From assembly GCA_050747085.1 (NCBI GenBank), contig JBOGNK010000175.1, forward strand, positions 1,229-65,228: 64,000 nt of DNA, read 5' to 3'. Under the pieces are notes generated by a model. The model worked only from the letters and a program-made list of their open reading frames with translations, was not told the origin of the DNA and ran no database searches. Each line of letters begins with the position of its first letter. The first letter of the stretch is position 1. Made by a program: the position numbers and the translations under genes. Below, one piece after another: positions 35,827 through 45,529 of this stretch. This DNA is from Candidatus Acidiferrales bacterium (GTDB taxonomy: Bacteria > Acidobacteriota > Terriglobia > Acidiferrales > UBA7541).

Positions 35827-35883
35827 AAACGCGCGCGGGTACAGTTCCCTGCTGGTCATCATCAGAAACGTGCAAGCGGCTGA

Positions 35884-36870
35884 CTAAGAGAAGCGAACTT
35901 CAACCGCAGGATGTTTCTCCAGGTGGACTGAATCTACGAAGCGCACCTCGCCGCCTTCCGCCGTCATGATCAGCGAGTGTGTTCGGATGCCATCGCGGAA
36001 CAAGCGAATGCCGTCTAACATGCCGCCCGGTGTTACGCCCGTACACGCGAAGATGATGCGCTTGCCGGGAGCGAGGTCGGCGGTATCGTAGATTTTTTTG
36101 CAGTCCTTGATGCCCATCTGATGCATGCGTTCTTCATCATCCGGCTTCGTAAGCACCAGACGCGCCAGAATCTGCCCATTCAGGCAACGCAACGCGGCGG
36201 CCGTGAGAACACCTTCCGGCGCCCCTCCGATTCCCATTACTGCGTGCACCGACGTCCCGCGAACGGCCGCCCGGATTCCAGCAGAGAGGTCGCCGTCGCC
36301 AATCAGTTGAATGCGCGCGCCGGCCGTGCGAATCTCGTTAATCAGCTTTTCATGCCGCGGGCGATCGAGAACGATTACCACCAGATCTTCCACGTCGCGG
36401 TCGAGTCGCCGCGCAATCGCCTGCAGATTGATCTTCACCGGGGCGTCCAGATCGATCGCGCCTTTGCATGGCGGGCCAACGACGATCTTTTCCATGTAGA
36501 TGTCGGGCGCGTGCAGCAGGCCTCCCGGTTCGCTCGCCGCTAGCACTGTGATCGCGTTCGGTTCGCCCGTTGCGCATAGGTTTGTGCCTTCCAGTGGATC
36601 GACGGCGATGTCGACCTTCGGATACGCGCTATGCTTATCGCGAACGGCCGCGCCGACTTTTTCGCCGATGTATAGCATCGGAGCCTTGTCCCGTTCGCCC
36701 TCTCCGATCACGATCGTTCCGTCCATCCCTACGCCGTCCATTTCCGCCCGCATCGCTTCCACCGCGGCCTGGTCGGACTTATGCCGCTCTCCCTGTCCCA
36801 TGGTTCGCGCTGATGCAATTGCGGCCATTTCGACCACACGCAGAAACTCCAGGCTTAATGCTCGCTCCAT
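35884..36870 (-). CDS. glpX: Class II fructose-1,6-bisphosphatase
   Basis: [28 protein letters not shown]..., [14 protein letters not shown]. Start moved to ATG 36870. Confidence 0.9.
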   Translation of the reverse strand: MERALSLEFLRVVEMAAIASARTMGQGERHKSDQAAVEAMRAEMDGVGMDGTIVIGEGERDKAPMLYIGEKVGAAVRDKHSAYPKVDIAVDPLEGTNLCATGEPNAITVLAASEPGGLLHAPDIYMEKIVVGPPCKGAIDLDAPVKINLQAIARRLDRDVEDLVVIVLDRPRHEKLINEIRTAGARIQLIGDGDLSAGIRAAVRGTSVHAVMGIGGAPEGVLTAAALRCLNGQILARLVLTKPDDEERMHQMGIKDCKKIYDTADLAPGKRIIFACTGVTPGGMLDGIRLFRDGIRTHSLIMTAEGGEVRFVDSVHLEKHPAVEVRFS

Positions 36871-37107
36871 GAACTTTCTCCTGTAATTTGGGGACCACGA
36901 ACCGAACGGCGGACAGCTGACCAACGCACCTCACCTATCATAATCCAACCACAGTGTTTGCGCGATTGAATCCCATTCGCGCGAAGGCCCCCGATTCTCC
37001 TTAGAGTGGACGGCCGTCCGTGAAGTTATACGTGGATCGCTAACGGAAGACAAATTGGCTCTTTACGCGTATGATTTCATCTATATATTGGCGCCAGGAA
37101 CCAGCCA

Positions 37108-38661
37108 ATGCTACCGCTTCATTTACAGCCCGAAAGCCACGTTCCGCTGTACGTGCAATTGCGCGACCAGCTTCGCGCGCTGGTCCACTCCGGCGAACTG
37201 AGGTCGGGCGATCGCATCCCTGCCAGCCGCGAACTCGCAGTCCAACTTGGCGTCCACCGTACGACGATCGCGAACGCGTATGCCGCGCTTGAATCCGAGG
37301 GTCTGATCCAGGGCCACGTTGGACGCGGAACTTACATTTCAGTGCCTGCGCTGAAGCAATTCACTCCGCCGCCCCGCACGAATGGGAATGGTCACAGTAA
37401 CGGCCATGGCGCGATTCGCTGGGAAGCTCTTTTCGCGGATGAACGCGGCGATGAAGGACTGAGCCGCCTGATGCCCTGCGTCCCACCGGGAACGATCGCG
37501 TTCACCAAAGCGAGTCCGTCTGACGAACAATTCCCCATCGAGGATTTTCGCCGCTGCTGCAGCGCTGTCCTTCGCGGCGCCGGCCGCCGCATCCTGGAAA
37601 TCGGACCGACCGACGGATACGAACCGCTGAAGCGCGCCCTGCTCGACATGCTGCGTGGCGAAGGCCTGGCCGTCCGTAACGAGCAGTTGCTCATCACCAA
37701 TGGCTGCCAGCAGTCCATCGACCTGGTCTGCAAGGCGTTCCTCCGTCCCGGCGATTCCGTCGCCCTCGAAAACCCCGCGTATCCGGGAGCCATTGCAATA
37801 TTTACGGCGGCTCGCATTCGAATGCTGGCGGTCAACGTCGAAGCGGACGCGTCGCGCACCGGGCACGTCGGGTTCGATCTCGACGCGCTGGAGACCGTTC
37901 TGCAGCAAAATCGCGTGAAACTGATTTTTCTTACGCCCGATTTTCACAATCCGACTGGCACCACGCTTCCCGTCGCGCGGCGGCGGCGTTTGCTTGAGAT
38001 CGCTGCCCGCTATCAGGTACCGATCGTAGAAGACACGATCTATGGCCGTCTGCGCTTCGTTGGTTCACCGGCGCTCTCCCTCAAATCGCTCGACCGTTTG
38101 GGCGACGTGATCCAGATCGACAGTTTCTCCAAGATCGCTTTCCCCGGACTTCGCGTCGGCTGGTGCATAGGCCCGGAAAGTGTGATCGAGCGTCTGCGTT
38201 TCCTGAAGCAATCGACCGATTTGCACACCGATCAGCTCGCCCAAGCCGCGATGGCGGAATTTTTGAAACGTGGCTATCTGTCACGATATGCCGCGAAAAT
38301 GAAGAAAATCTACCGCGCCAAGCTGGAGACCATGATGGAGGCGCTCGAAAAATATATGCCGGAGGGTATGTCATGGACGCGTCCCGAAGGCGGAACATCC
38401 GTCTGGCTCACCCTACCCGCCGGTTTTGATTCGGCCGAGCTGCTCATCCACGTTCGCGAGCGCGGAGTGATGTTCGTGCCGGGCCGCCACTTCTATTTTC
38501 AGCACCCGCAACCGAACACCGCGCGACTGAGCTTCGCCGCCCTCGACCGAAAGGACATCGTGCGCGGGGTACAATTGCTCGGCGATCTGCTCAAAACGGA
38601 ATTCCGCAAGCGCCAACGCGGTGCGCGCGACGAATCTCCCGCCCGTGTCGCTCTGGTGTAA
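37108..38661 (+). CDS. pdxR: MocR/GntR-family PLP-dependent transcriptional regulator (PdxR-like)
   Basis: An N-terminal GntR wHTH (PLYVQLRDQLRALVHSGELRSGDRIPASRELAVQLGVHRTTI) is fused to an aminotransferase fold-I domain (SFSK Lys motif). It lies upstream of pdxST. Confidence 0.8.
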   Translation: MLPLHLQPESHVPLYVQLRDQLRALVHSGELRSGDRIPASRELAVQLGVHRTTIANAYAALESEGLIQGHVGRGTYISVPALKQFTPPPRTNGNGHSNGHGAIRWEALFADERGDEGLSRLMPCVPPGTIAFTKASPSDEQFPIEDFRRCCSAVLRGAGRRILEIGPTDGYEPLKRALLDMLRGEGLAVRNEQLLITNGCQQSIDLVCKAFLRPGDSVALENPAYPGAIAIFTAARIRMLAVNVEADASRTGHVGFDLDALETVLQQNRVKLIFLTPDFHNPTGTTLPVARRRRLLEIAARYQVPIVEDTIYGRLRFVGSPALSLKSLDRLGDVIQIDSFSKIAFPGLRVGWCIGPESVIERLRFLKQSTDLHTDQLAQAAMAEFLKRGYLSRYAAKMKKIYRAKLETMMEALEKYMPEGMSWTRPEGGTSVWLTLPAGFDSAELLIHVRERGVMFVPGRHFYFQHPQPNTARLSFAALDRKDIVRGVQLLGDLLKTEFRKRQRGARDESPARVALV

Positions 38662-38665
38662 CCGG

Positions 38666-39082
38666 ATGCAGCTCGAGCCCAATCCGACGAACTCTTGCTT
38701 TGGCTGCGGCGCCGGAAATGACCGCGGGATGCAGCTCAAGTTCGAGCAGGACGACGCGGCACAGCGCATTCGAGGCCGCTTTTGTCTGGGCGACGAATAC
38801 TCAGGAGGCCCTGGAATCCTGCACGGGGGAATCATCGCGGTGCTGCTGGATGAAGCCATGGGCAAGGTCGGACGCTTCCGCGGAGTTCGCGCCGTGACTG
38901 CGGAACTGAAGATCGAATACCTGCGGCCGGTGCCGGTGGGCCAGGAAATTGTCGTCGAAGCGCGCGAGGTGGAAATGAACGGCCGCAATATGTTTCGCGA
39001 AGGCGAAATTCGCAGCGCCAAGGGAATCGTTCTGGCGCGCGGTACTGGACGGTTTGTCGATATCAGCACCCCGCCCAGATAG
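38666..39082 (+). CDS. PaaI/hotdog-fold thioesterase
   Basis: CFGCG...GPGILHGGIIAVLLDEAMG hotdog signature. Start moved to ATG 38666. Confidence 0.7.
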   Translation: MQLEPNPTNSCFGCGAGNDRGMQLKFEQDDAAQRIRGRFCLGDEYSGGPGILHGGIIAVLLDEAMGKVGRFRGVRAVTAELKIEYLRPVPVGQEIVVEAREVEMNGRNMFREGEIRSAKGIVLARGTGRFVDISTPPR

Positions 39083-39139
39083 TGGCGCGGTGAGTTCTTG
39101 TAAGGCAAGATTGAAGAGAATTCATGAGGGGGAAATTTA

Positions 39140-40048
39140 ATGCAAACGGAACCAACAAATAACGGCAATGAAAATAGTTTGTGGCGCGTGAAAGTCGGCT
39201 TGGCTGAAATGCTGAAGGGCGGCGTTATCATGGATGTGACCAACGCCGCGCAGGCCAAGATCGCGGAGGAAGCGGGCGCGTGCTCGGTGATGGCGCTTGA
39301 ACGCGTCCCCGCCGACATTCGCAAGGAAGGCGGCGTGGCGCGCATGGCCTCACCCCGCGTGATTCGCGAAATTATGGAGGAGGTCTCCATTCCCGTCATG
39401 GCAAAGTGCCGGATCGGCCATTTCGCCGAGGCCAAAGTGCTGGAAGCGCTCGAAGTCGACTACATCGACGAGAGTGAAGTGCTCACGCCGGCCGACGAAG
39501 AGCACCACGTGTGGAAGCACGCCTTCAAAGTTCCGTTCGTGTGCGGCGCGCGCAATCTCGGCGAAGCCTTGCGGCGGATTGCCGAAGGCGCGGCAATGAT
39601 TCGTACAAAGGGCGAAGCTGGTTCGGGCAATATCGTCGAAGCCGTCCGTCATATGCGCGCGATCGTCGGCCAGATGAAGAAGCTCACCACTCTGGGCGAC
39701 GAAGAACTGGTCCACGCATCGAAAGAGCTGGGTTCGCCGCTCGACCTCGTCAAGTGGGTCGCGAAAAATGGCAAGCTGCCGGTGCCAAATTTCTCAGCCG
39801 GCGGAATCGCCACGCCGGCCGACGCGGCGCTCGTGATGGAGCTTGGAGCGGAAGCGGTGTTCGTCGGCTCGGGAATTTTCAAGTCGAGCGATCCGGCCAA
39901 ACGCGCGCGCGCCATCGTGAAGGCCACAACGCACTACAAGGATCCCAAGATCGTTCTCGAAGCCAGCGAAGAACTGGGCGAAGCCATGAAGGGCCTCGAC
40001 ATTCGCCAACTCGAGGAAAAGGATCTTCTACAGACTCGCGGCTGGTAG
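39140..40048 (+). CDS. pdxS: Pyridoxal 5'-phosphate synthase lyase subunit PdxS
   Basis: [40 protein letters not shown]...[10 protein letters not shown] is near-invariant PdxS sequence. Confidence 0.95.
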   Translation: MQTEPTNNGNENSLWRVKVGLAEMLKGGVIMDVTNAAQAKIAEEAGACSVMALERVPADIRKEGGVARMASPRVIREIMEEVSIPVMAKCRIGHFAEAKVLEALEVDYIDESEVLTPADEEHHVWKHAFKVPFVCGARNLGEALRRIAEGAAMIRTKGEAGSGNIVEAVRHMRAIVGQMKKLTTLGDEELVHASKELGSPLDLVKWVAKNGKLPVPNFSAGGIATPADAALVMELGAEAVFVGSGIFKSSDPAKRARAIVKATTHYKDPKIVLEASEELGEAMKGLDIRQLEEKDLLQTRGW

Positions 40049-40246
40049 CGCGATTGTCACGAGATCGTCGGGACGATGGCTCGGCCTGAACGGCTTCGGC
40101 TGCTACAGCCTCCCGATCTAATGCGCTTTTTTCCCGTTACGCTAGGGCCGCGCGCGTTCCATGCCGGTTCGCCCACTCTGATCGAAGCGCTGCGGGAGGC
40201 TGCAAATAAAAACGGTTCTCTCAAACGGTTTCACAGGAATATCACA

Positions 40247-40846
40247 GTGAAGATCGGAATCGTCGCGATCCAGGGAGACTATGAAGCTCACGCCCGGACG
40301 CTGGATCGTCTCGGCGTCGAGCACACCTATGTCCGTTTGCCCGACGATCTCATAGGGATTTCCGGCGTGATTCTGCCTGGCGGCGAAAGTACCACCCATT
40401 TAAAAGTAATGACCGAAGAGGGCCTGTTCGGCGCACTGAAGAATTTCGCGGCTAGTGGGGGTGCGCTCTTTGGCACATGCGCCGGAGCGATCCTGCTCGC
40501 GCGTGACGTTCGCGGTCCGGCGCAGCAGTCGCTCGGCCTGCTCGACATTTCGATTCTTCGCAACGCCTATGGCCGTCAGCTCGCCAGCGACGTCCACATC
40601 CGCAGCAGCAAAGTGAGCGATCATCCACTGGAAATGGTCTTCATCCGCGCGCCGGTCATCGAGTCGGTGGGTGACAACGTCGAAGTCCTTGCGGAAGAGG
40701 GTGGCCATCCCGTTCTAGTTCAGCAGGGACGCATTCTCGCGGCAACGTTTCATCCGGAACTAACTTCCGATACTACAATCCACGGGTATTTTCTGAAGCT
40801 CACCAATGGCGGGTCGCCCGAAGCCGCAGAACACTCCGCCCGCTGA
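40247..40846 (+). CDS. pdxT: Pyridoxal 5'-phosphate synthase glutaminase subunit PdxT
   Basis: VKIGIVAIQGDYEAH..., LPGGESTT, GTCAGAILL, FHPELT. GTG 40247 sits behind AGGA. The 57-codon in-frame upstream extension in the track has no PdxT-like sequence. Confidence 0.88.
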   Translation: MKIGIVAIQGDYEAHARTLDRLGVEHTYVRLPDDLIGISGVILPGGESTTHLKVMTEEGLFGALKNFAASGGALFGTCAGAILLARDVRGPAQQSLGLLDISILRNAYGRQLASDVHIRSSKVSDHPLEMVFIRAPVIESVGDNVEVLAEEGGHPVLVQQGRILAATFHPELTSDTTIHGYFLKLTNGGSPEAAEHSAR

Positions 40847-40909
40847 CTGCAAGTTCTGCGCCCCTTCCGCTCTTCCGTTAGGCCGATTGCCAACGCATGG
40901 TCGCTGCAA

Positions 40910-41524
40910 CTATTCGCGAGGATCGAATTTCGAATGCGCGGCCAGCGAGTGGCCCGCACGATTCGTTCTCGGCCAATCAATGCGCCAGCGTGTCGGCGAG
41001 ATCGGCGACCACACCAACTGCTTCGGCGGCGTCCCGCGCATGTGGTGATACAGCGCCGCCGTTCTTTCGTAGAACCCGCGTGTGTGCCAAGAATTCCGGA
41101 ACCCGAACCGCTCGAAATCCAGATGATGGCAAAACTCGTGACACAGCGTGCTCAAGAACGTCCCGAACGACGTCACTTCTTTCCGCACCGCCGTCCGCAT
41201 CCAGACGCGGACCATCATTGTGTCAGGGTGATAATCGCCGAAAAGTTCCGTGGTGCAGTTCCGGCGCACTCGTAGTGGCCGAGCGGCAAGCACCCGTACG
41301 TCGCACGCGGGCACCTTGTAGAACTCAGCCGCAGCGCGAAGGAATTCCGCGCAGGCGGGCCGCAAGTCCGCTCCGTTGCTTGATTTCATTGCAAGCTCGA
41401 TCGCTTGCGACAACGCCGGCAGAGCGCCATTTGCCGGCAGGTCCAGCATCCTCATCCGATCGCTCTCAACAAACGCCGCCCGGTTCTTTTTCCTTGGTGG
41501 AACGTCTGTGATCATGCCCGGCAA
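40910..41524 (-). CDS. HExxH zinc-metalloprotease-like protein (SprT/DUF45-like)
   Basis: TLCHEFCHHLDFERFGFRNSWHTRGFY contains HEFCH. Confidence 0.5.
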   Translation of the reverse strand: MPGMITDVPPRKKNRAAFVESDRMRMLDLPANGALPALSQAIELAMKSSNGADLRPACAEFLRAAAEFYKVPACDVRVLAARPLRVRRNCTTELFGDYHPDTMMVRVWMRTAVRKEVTSFGTFLSTLCHEFCHHLDFERFGFRNSWHTRGFYERTAALYHHMRGTPPKQLVWSPISPTRWRIDWPRTNRAGHSLAAHSKFDPRE

Positions 41525-41648
41525 GGCTCGCCCTCTTTCCCTGTCTCAAACTCGTGAGGCGCACCTACAATCGATGTCTACTCGCAAATGCCCTGGAATA
41601 GAAATGAACGTAAGTGCTCAAAACAAACACTGGAAATTTTCGACTCGC

Positions 41649-41698
41649 AAAAAAGCCGAAATCTCGCCTTGCCCATCTTCGCCGTTTCTGGCTTTTTT
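41649..41698 (-). terminator. Candidate bidirectional terminator-like element downstream of the GH2 gene
   Basis: A6-GCCGAAA ... TTTCTGGC-T6. The imperfect 7-8 bp stem has a large loop and is flanked by an A-run and a T-run. It lies 25 nt past the GH2 stop. Confidence 0.35.
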
Positions 41699-41722
41699 GC
41701 AGACTGTATGTCCACCGGTCCG

Positions 41723-44700
41723 CTAGTTCCCCGTCCCGACCGGAACCTTACCAACCGCAAGGTTCCATCCCCGAATTCCCAATTCCGGCGCGCTCTTCGC
41801 CGCATTGGATGGGTATTCGACCTCGATCTCGCGGCTCTCTCCCGGCAACAGTGAAACGTAGTTATCATTGTAGTACGCGGGAAGAATCCTCGATCGGTCC
41901 GATGCATTAAGCAGCGTCACCTTAATCTGAAGCGCCGCATCCTTGCCTGTGTTCTTCAGCTCAACGCGAACCGTCGTCGTATCGTCATTAGCCATCGATG
42001 TGGCGCTCGCCGAAACCTGTGCCGGTGCCATGCGGTCGAGCGCGCGATAATCCGGACTGCTCGCCGCAAGCCAATACAGATTCTGCGAGACGATCTGGCC
42101 CGTCCCGCTGCGCAACACCAACTTCACAAGCACGACATCGTTCGACCCAAGCAGTGGCGCGATATCCAGTTTGAACGCATTCGTCACGGCATCCGCCGCC
42201 GCATCCTTGGTTTCCGCATGATGCGCCAGCAACTTGTTCGCCAGCGAATAGACGCTCGCATCGACCGACAAGCCACTTTCCGCTGCCCGCGTCGTGTTCA
42301 CCACGGCGACTTGATAGTTGGACAAATCCATTTGTATGTGTACCGGCTCGCACGCCTTCTTCACTCCATAGAACGACGACTGCGTATCGTAATCGTGACT
42401 GATGATCTGCCACATGGTGCTAGGCCACGCCGGCTGCGACATCCAGAGCATGCGGCCGCTATTCGGAGCCCATAGATGCGCGTTCATACCTTCGAAAATC
42501 GCGCGATGATCCACGTAATCGAGCATCTGGGCCTTACGATCAAAATCCAACAGGCTGGTCGGCGCGCCGAATTCAGCTTGAATTTCGCTCATGAACGAAG
42601 CGACGTCGCCGTTCCCGCTCTGATGCCAGTCGTGATAGGCCCACACGTCGTCGATCGGCCATTGATCCGGCTTCGGGATAAAACTTTCGAATGATTCAAG
42701 AGTCGGGAATGAAGCCGTGCCGGTCTCGACCGAGAACCCACGATTCAGGCGCGTGAAATAGAGCTTCGGATCTTGATACGAGTATGGGCCGCTGTTTTGC
42801 AGCTCCACCTGGTTCGAACTTGGCGAGTAGTAGCGCGTCGCGTCGAGTGTATTGACCAGCTTCGCGAGTCCTTCATTGACGATCGGTTGTGGCACGCCTT
42901 CATTGCGTCCGCACCACACGGCAATCGACGGATGATTGCGGTCGCGCAGGATCACGTCTCGCGCGTTAGCGAGAAAAAGTGCTGGATCTTCGGGTTCGAG
43001 ATTGTAGTTCTGCGTCGTTTCCCAGAAATCGTTCCATACGAGAAGCCCGTATTTGTCCGCCAGATCGTAGAACGTTTCCTCCGTGTTCTGGCCCATCCAG
43101 TTGCGGATGATGTCCAGGCCGGCATCGTGGTGCAGCCGAAAAAAGGGTTCCAAACGCTTTCTCGATACCCGTTTCATGAAATCGTCCATTCCCCAATTGC
43201 CGCCACGGCACGCGATACGTACTCCGTTAACCTTTATCACCAGGTAGGGAGCGGTGCCCTCGTCATCGCTAGGCCGGACCGCCGGCGAAGATTCGCCATC
43301 GGGCGCAAACGATTCGACCCATGAGCGCCAAAACGGGCGCCACTGCTTTGGGACGTCTGAGGGGATGGGATCGGCGGAGGGAATTTCGCGAATGCCCTGA
43401 TGCGTCGCGTCAACGACTCCCTGGAGGCCAACTTTCCCAAGCGTCGGGTCGACTTCCACTCGGCGCAAGTGTCCTGTGCTATCGAGCAGGCTGAGTTCGT
43501 AAGTAATCTCGCGGATTCCAAACTGTATCTCTTTCGAGTCCGATTCCTGACTTGCGACATCAACGCCGACCTTCAAGTGATACAGATTTTGGTCGCCATA
43601 GCCATTCGGCCACCACAGCCGCGGATTTTGAATGCTGAGTTGCCTGAATTCCGCTGGCGTGAGATGGACCTCTGTTTCGCCGGGCGCGAGCTCGATGCTT
43701 TTCGTCACGCTCACGCCTTCGAACGATGCTTTCAGTGTTCCGCGGACGGGCTTATCTGAGACGTTCTCGACCGGAACACGGATCTCCACGTCAGCTCGGT
43801 TTGTGTCAGGCAGCGGCAGCTTTGTTATCACCTGCGGATCGCCGATCTTGACCGAGCTCGTCGCGCGCAGCACAACCGGCTGCCAGATCCCCATGTCACG
43901 GTCGCGAACCCCGGGAATCCAGTCCCATCCTTCGGTCGCCATGAATGTGGGCCCGTCGAGCACCATGATTCCGCCATTTTCACCCGGCCCTGCCTTCGTC
44001 GACTCCTCTTCTGGTATTCCTGAATGCGGCGGAGGCGAAACGCGAACGGCTAATACATTTTCTTCGCCAGGTCCGGTTTTCCAGATTCCAGTCACGTCAA
44101 AGTCGCCTCGGATGAACGCGCCCTTGATTTTTCCGAGTGGGTGCCCGTTCAGCCAGACATCTGCCGCGTAATTGATTCCGTCGAATGTTAAATTCATCCG
44201 CTTTCCGCGTACTGCGGGCGGAGATTTCACTTCGACGCGATACCAGTAATCGTGCTTGTTGAGCGTCTCTGGAATGGCCATGTTGTTCAGGCCGTAGGCG
44301 GGATCCGGATAAACGCCGCGAGCAACCAGCGTGGTGAGCACCGTTCCAGGAACGACCGCTGCCAGCCAATTCGAAGCGTCAAATCCAAACTGTGAAATGC
44401 GTGAGTCGCTCGCATTCACGTCAGGAGCGGCTTTCAGTCGCCAGCCGCCAACGATTTGCCACGCGTTATCGCCTTCAGATTTCCACGGTGAACGGAGAGC
44501 AGGCACCGGCTGCGCAACCGCTTTCGAAAAAGGAGCCTTGCTCTTCGGCAGCGTCTCGGGATTCTGCGGCGCGTCGTAGCCGGCCTGGCCGCGCGTTTGC
44601 ACCGGCCAGTGTTTCGAACCGTCCTCAAACTCGATGAGCGGAAAATTTTCGGTCTGGCTGTAAAGACGTTTGATGTCTTCGCCGCTCAGTGCGCGTCGAA

Positions 44701-45280
44701 CGACTGTAAGCCCCGCGATCCGCCCGCCGAAGTGCTCCGCGTTGGTAATTGGAGGCTTAGGGGGCGCCATTTCCAAAATTGGACCGACCGTACCGAGCAG
44801 GAGGGCCCCATTCGCCGTCAGTTCACCATCGGCGTACAGATGAAATTGTTGGCCATCAAAGGTGACGGCGAGCAGGTGCCATGTCTTTGGCGCAAGCGCC
44901 ACCGGTGCGGTGATTTCATTGTTCTTGCCCATCCAATAAAAAACCTGCCGGGAGTCGGCACCCAGATAGCGTGGATATTCTTCGTTCGGCTCGCCCATCC
45001 CTGCGATAAGAGTCGGGCCGTCGAGCGATTCATCGAACCGCACCCAGCAGTACATCGACCAAGGCGAACCTGGGAGCAGGACCGTATCATGCTGCACGAT
45101 GTCTTTCGTCAGGCCGTCGCCGCCATAGAGAAATACCGCGCTGTATGGACCATATTCCGGCGGATTGTTCGTCGGCGGCGTTTGAGCATGCGCAGGAACC
45201 ACTGAATACGCAACGCAGGCGAGAACGAGAGTCGTGAGCGGCAGGGCAAAACCTTTCACAAACAATCGCGGGAATCTCAT
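41723..45280 (-). CDS. Glycoside hydrolase family 2 (beta-mannosidase / exo-beta-glucosaminidase-like) with an N-terminal LamG-like domain
   Basis: Signal peptide. LamG-like WHLLAVTFDGQQFHLYADGEL. GH2 TIM-barrel boxes RGGNWGMDDF, IRNWMGQNTEETFYDLADKYGLLVWNDFW and NHPSIAVWCGRNEG. Confidence 0.85.
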   Translation of the reverse strand: MRFPRLFVKGFALPLTTLVLACVAYSVVPAHAQTPPTNNPPEYGPYSAVFLYGGDGLTKDIVQHDTVLLPGSPWSMYCWVRFDESLDGPTLIAGMGEPNEEYPRYLGADSRQVFYWMGKNNEITAPVALAPKTWHLLAVTFDGQQFHLYADGELTANGALLLGTVGPILEMAPPKPPITNAEHFGGRIAGLTVVRRALSGEDIKRLYSQTENFPLIEFEDGSKHWPVQTRGQAGYDAPQNPETLPKSKAPFSKAVAQPVPALRSPWKSEGDNAWQIVGGWRLKAAPDVNASDSRISQFGFDASNWLAAVVPGTVLTTLVARGVYPDPAYGLNNMAIPETLNKHDYWYRVEVKSPPAVRGKRMNLTFDGINYAADVWLNGHPLGKIKGAFIRGDFDVTGIWKTGPGEENVLAVRVSPPPHSGIPEEESTKAGPGENGGIMVLDGPTFMATEGWDWIPGVRDRDMGIWQPVVLRATSSVKIGDPQVITKLPLPDTNRADVEIRVPVENVSDKPVRGTLKASFEGVSVTKSIELAPGETEVHLTPAEFRQLSIQNPRLWWPNGYGDQNLYHLKVGVDVASQESDSKEIQFGIREITYELSLLDSTGHLRRVEVDPTLGKVGLQGVVDATHQGIREIPSADPIPSDVPKQWRPFWRSWVESFAPDGESSPAVRPSDDEGTAPYLVIKVNGVRIACRGGNWGMDDFMKRVSRKRLEPFFRLHHDAGLDIIRNWMGQNTEETFYDLADKYGLLVWNDFWETTQNYNLEPEDPALFLANARDVILRDRNHPSIAVWCGRNEGVPQPIVNEGLAKLVNTLDATRYYSPSSNQVELQNSGPYSYQDPKLYFTRLNRGFSVETGTASFPTLESFESFIPKPDQWPIDDVWAYHDWHQSGNGDVASFMSEIQAEFGAPTSLLDFDRKAQMLDYVDHRAIFEGMNAHLWAPNSGRMLWMSQPAWPSTMWQIISHDYDTQSSFYGVKKACEPVHIQMDLSNYQVAVVNTTRAAESGLSVDASVYSLANKLLAHHAETKDAAADAVTNAFKLDIAPLLGSNDVVLVKLVLRSGTGQIVSQNLYWLAASSPDYRALDRMAPAQVSASATSMANDDTTTVRVELKNTGKDAALQIKVTLLNASDRSRILPAYYNDNYVSLLPGESREIEVEYPSNAAKSAPELGIRGWNLAVGKVPVGTGN

Positions 45281-45529
45281 CGTGATCCTTTCGTGGAGAA
45301 TCCAGGGTACTCAAAGCGCGTATCGGTGGTTGCCTCTGGCACGTGTTCGCATTTTGAAGGCGCCATGAAGCACTTCGTTCGAAGATCCGGCGAATCGTTT
45401 CGCCGCAGAAGCTAACCGGTTGCACAATCGAAGTCAAAGAATTTGGGTGCCCGGATAAACTCTCGGCGAGATCCCCCAAAAGAACATTTCTGCGTCAGTG
45501 CCACAAGGATGATCTAGTAGACTACGCAA

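Noticed and set aside
38413-39435. 340-aa minus-strand ORF spanning pdxR, the thioesterase and pdxS
   Set aside because: It crosses three well-supported plus-strand genes and an intergenic region and is Ser/Pro/Arg-rich, so it is an artefact.
40049-40246. Small hairpin GGCTG-CTA-CAGCC and a T-run (gcgcttttttcc) in the pdxS-pdxT spacer, considered as a terminator or attenuator
   Set aside because: The stem is only 5 bp and lies about 17 nt from the T-run, which is not a convincing intrinsic terminator.
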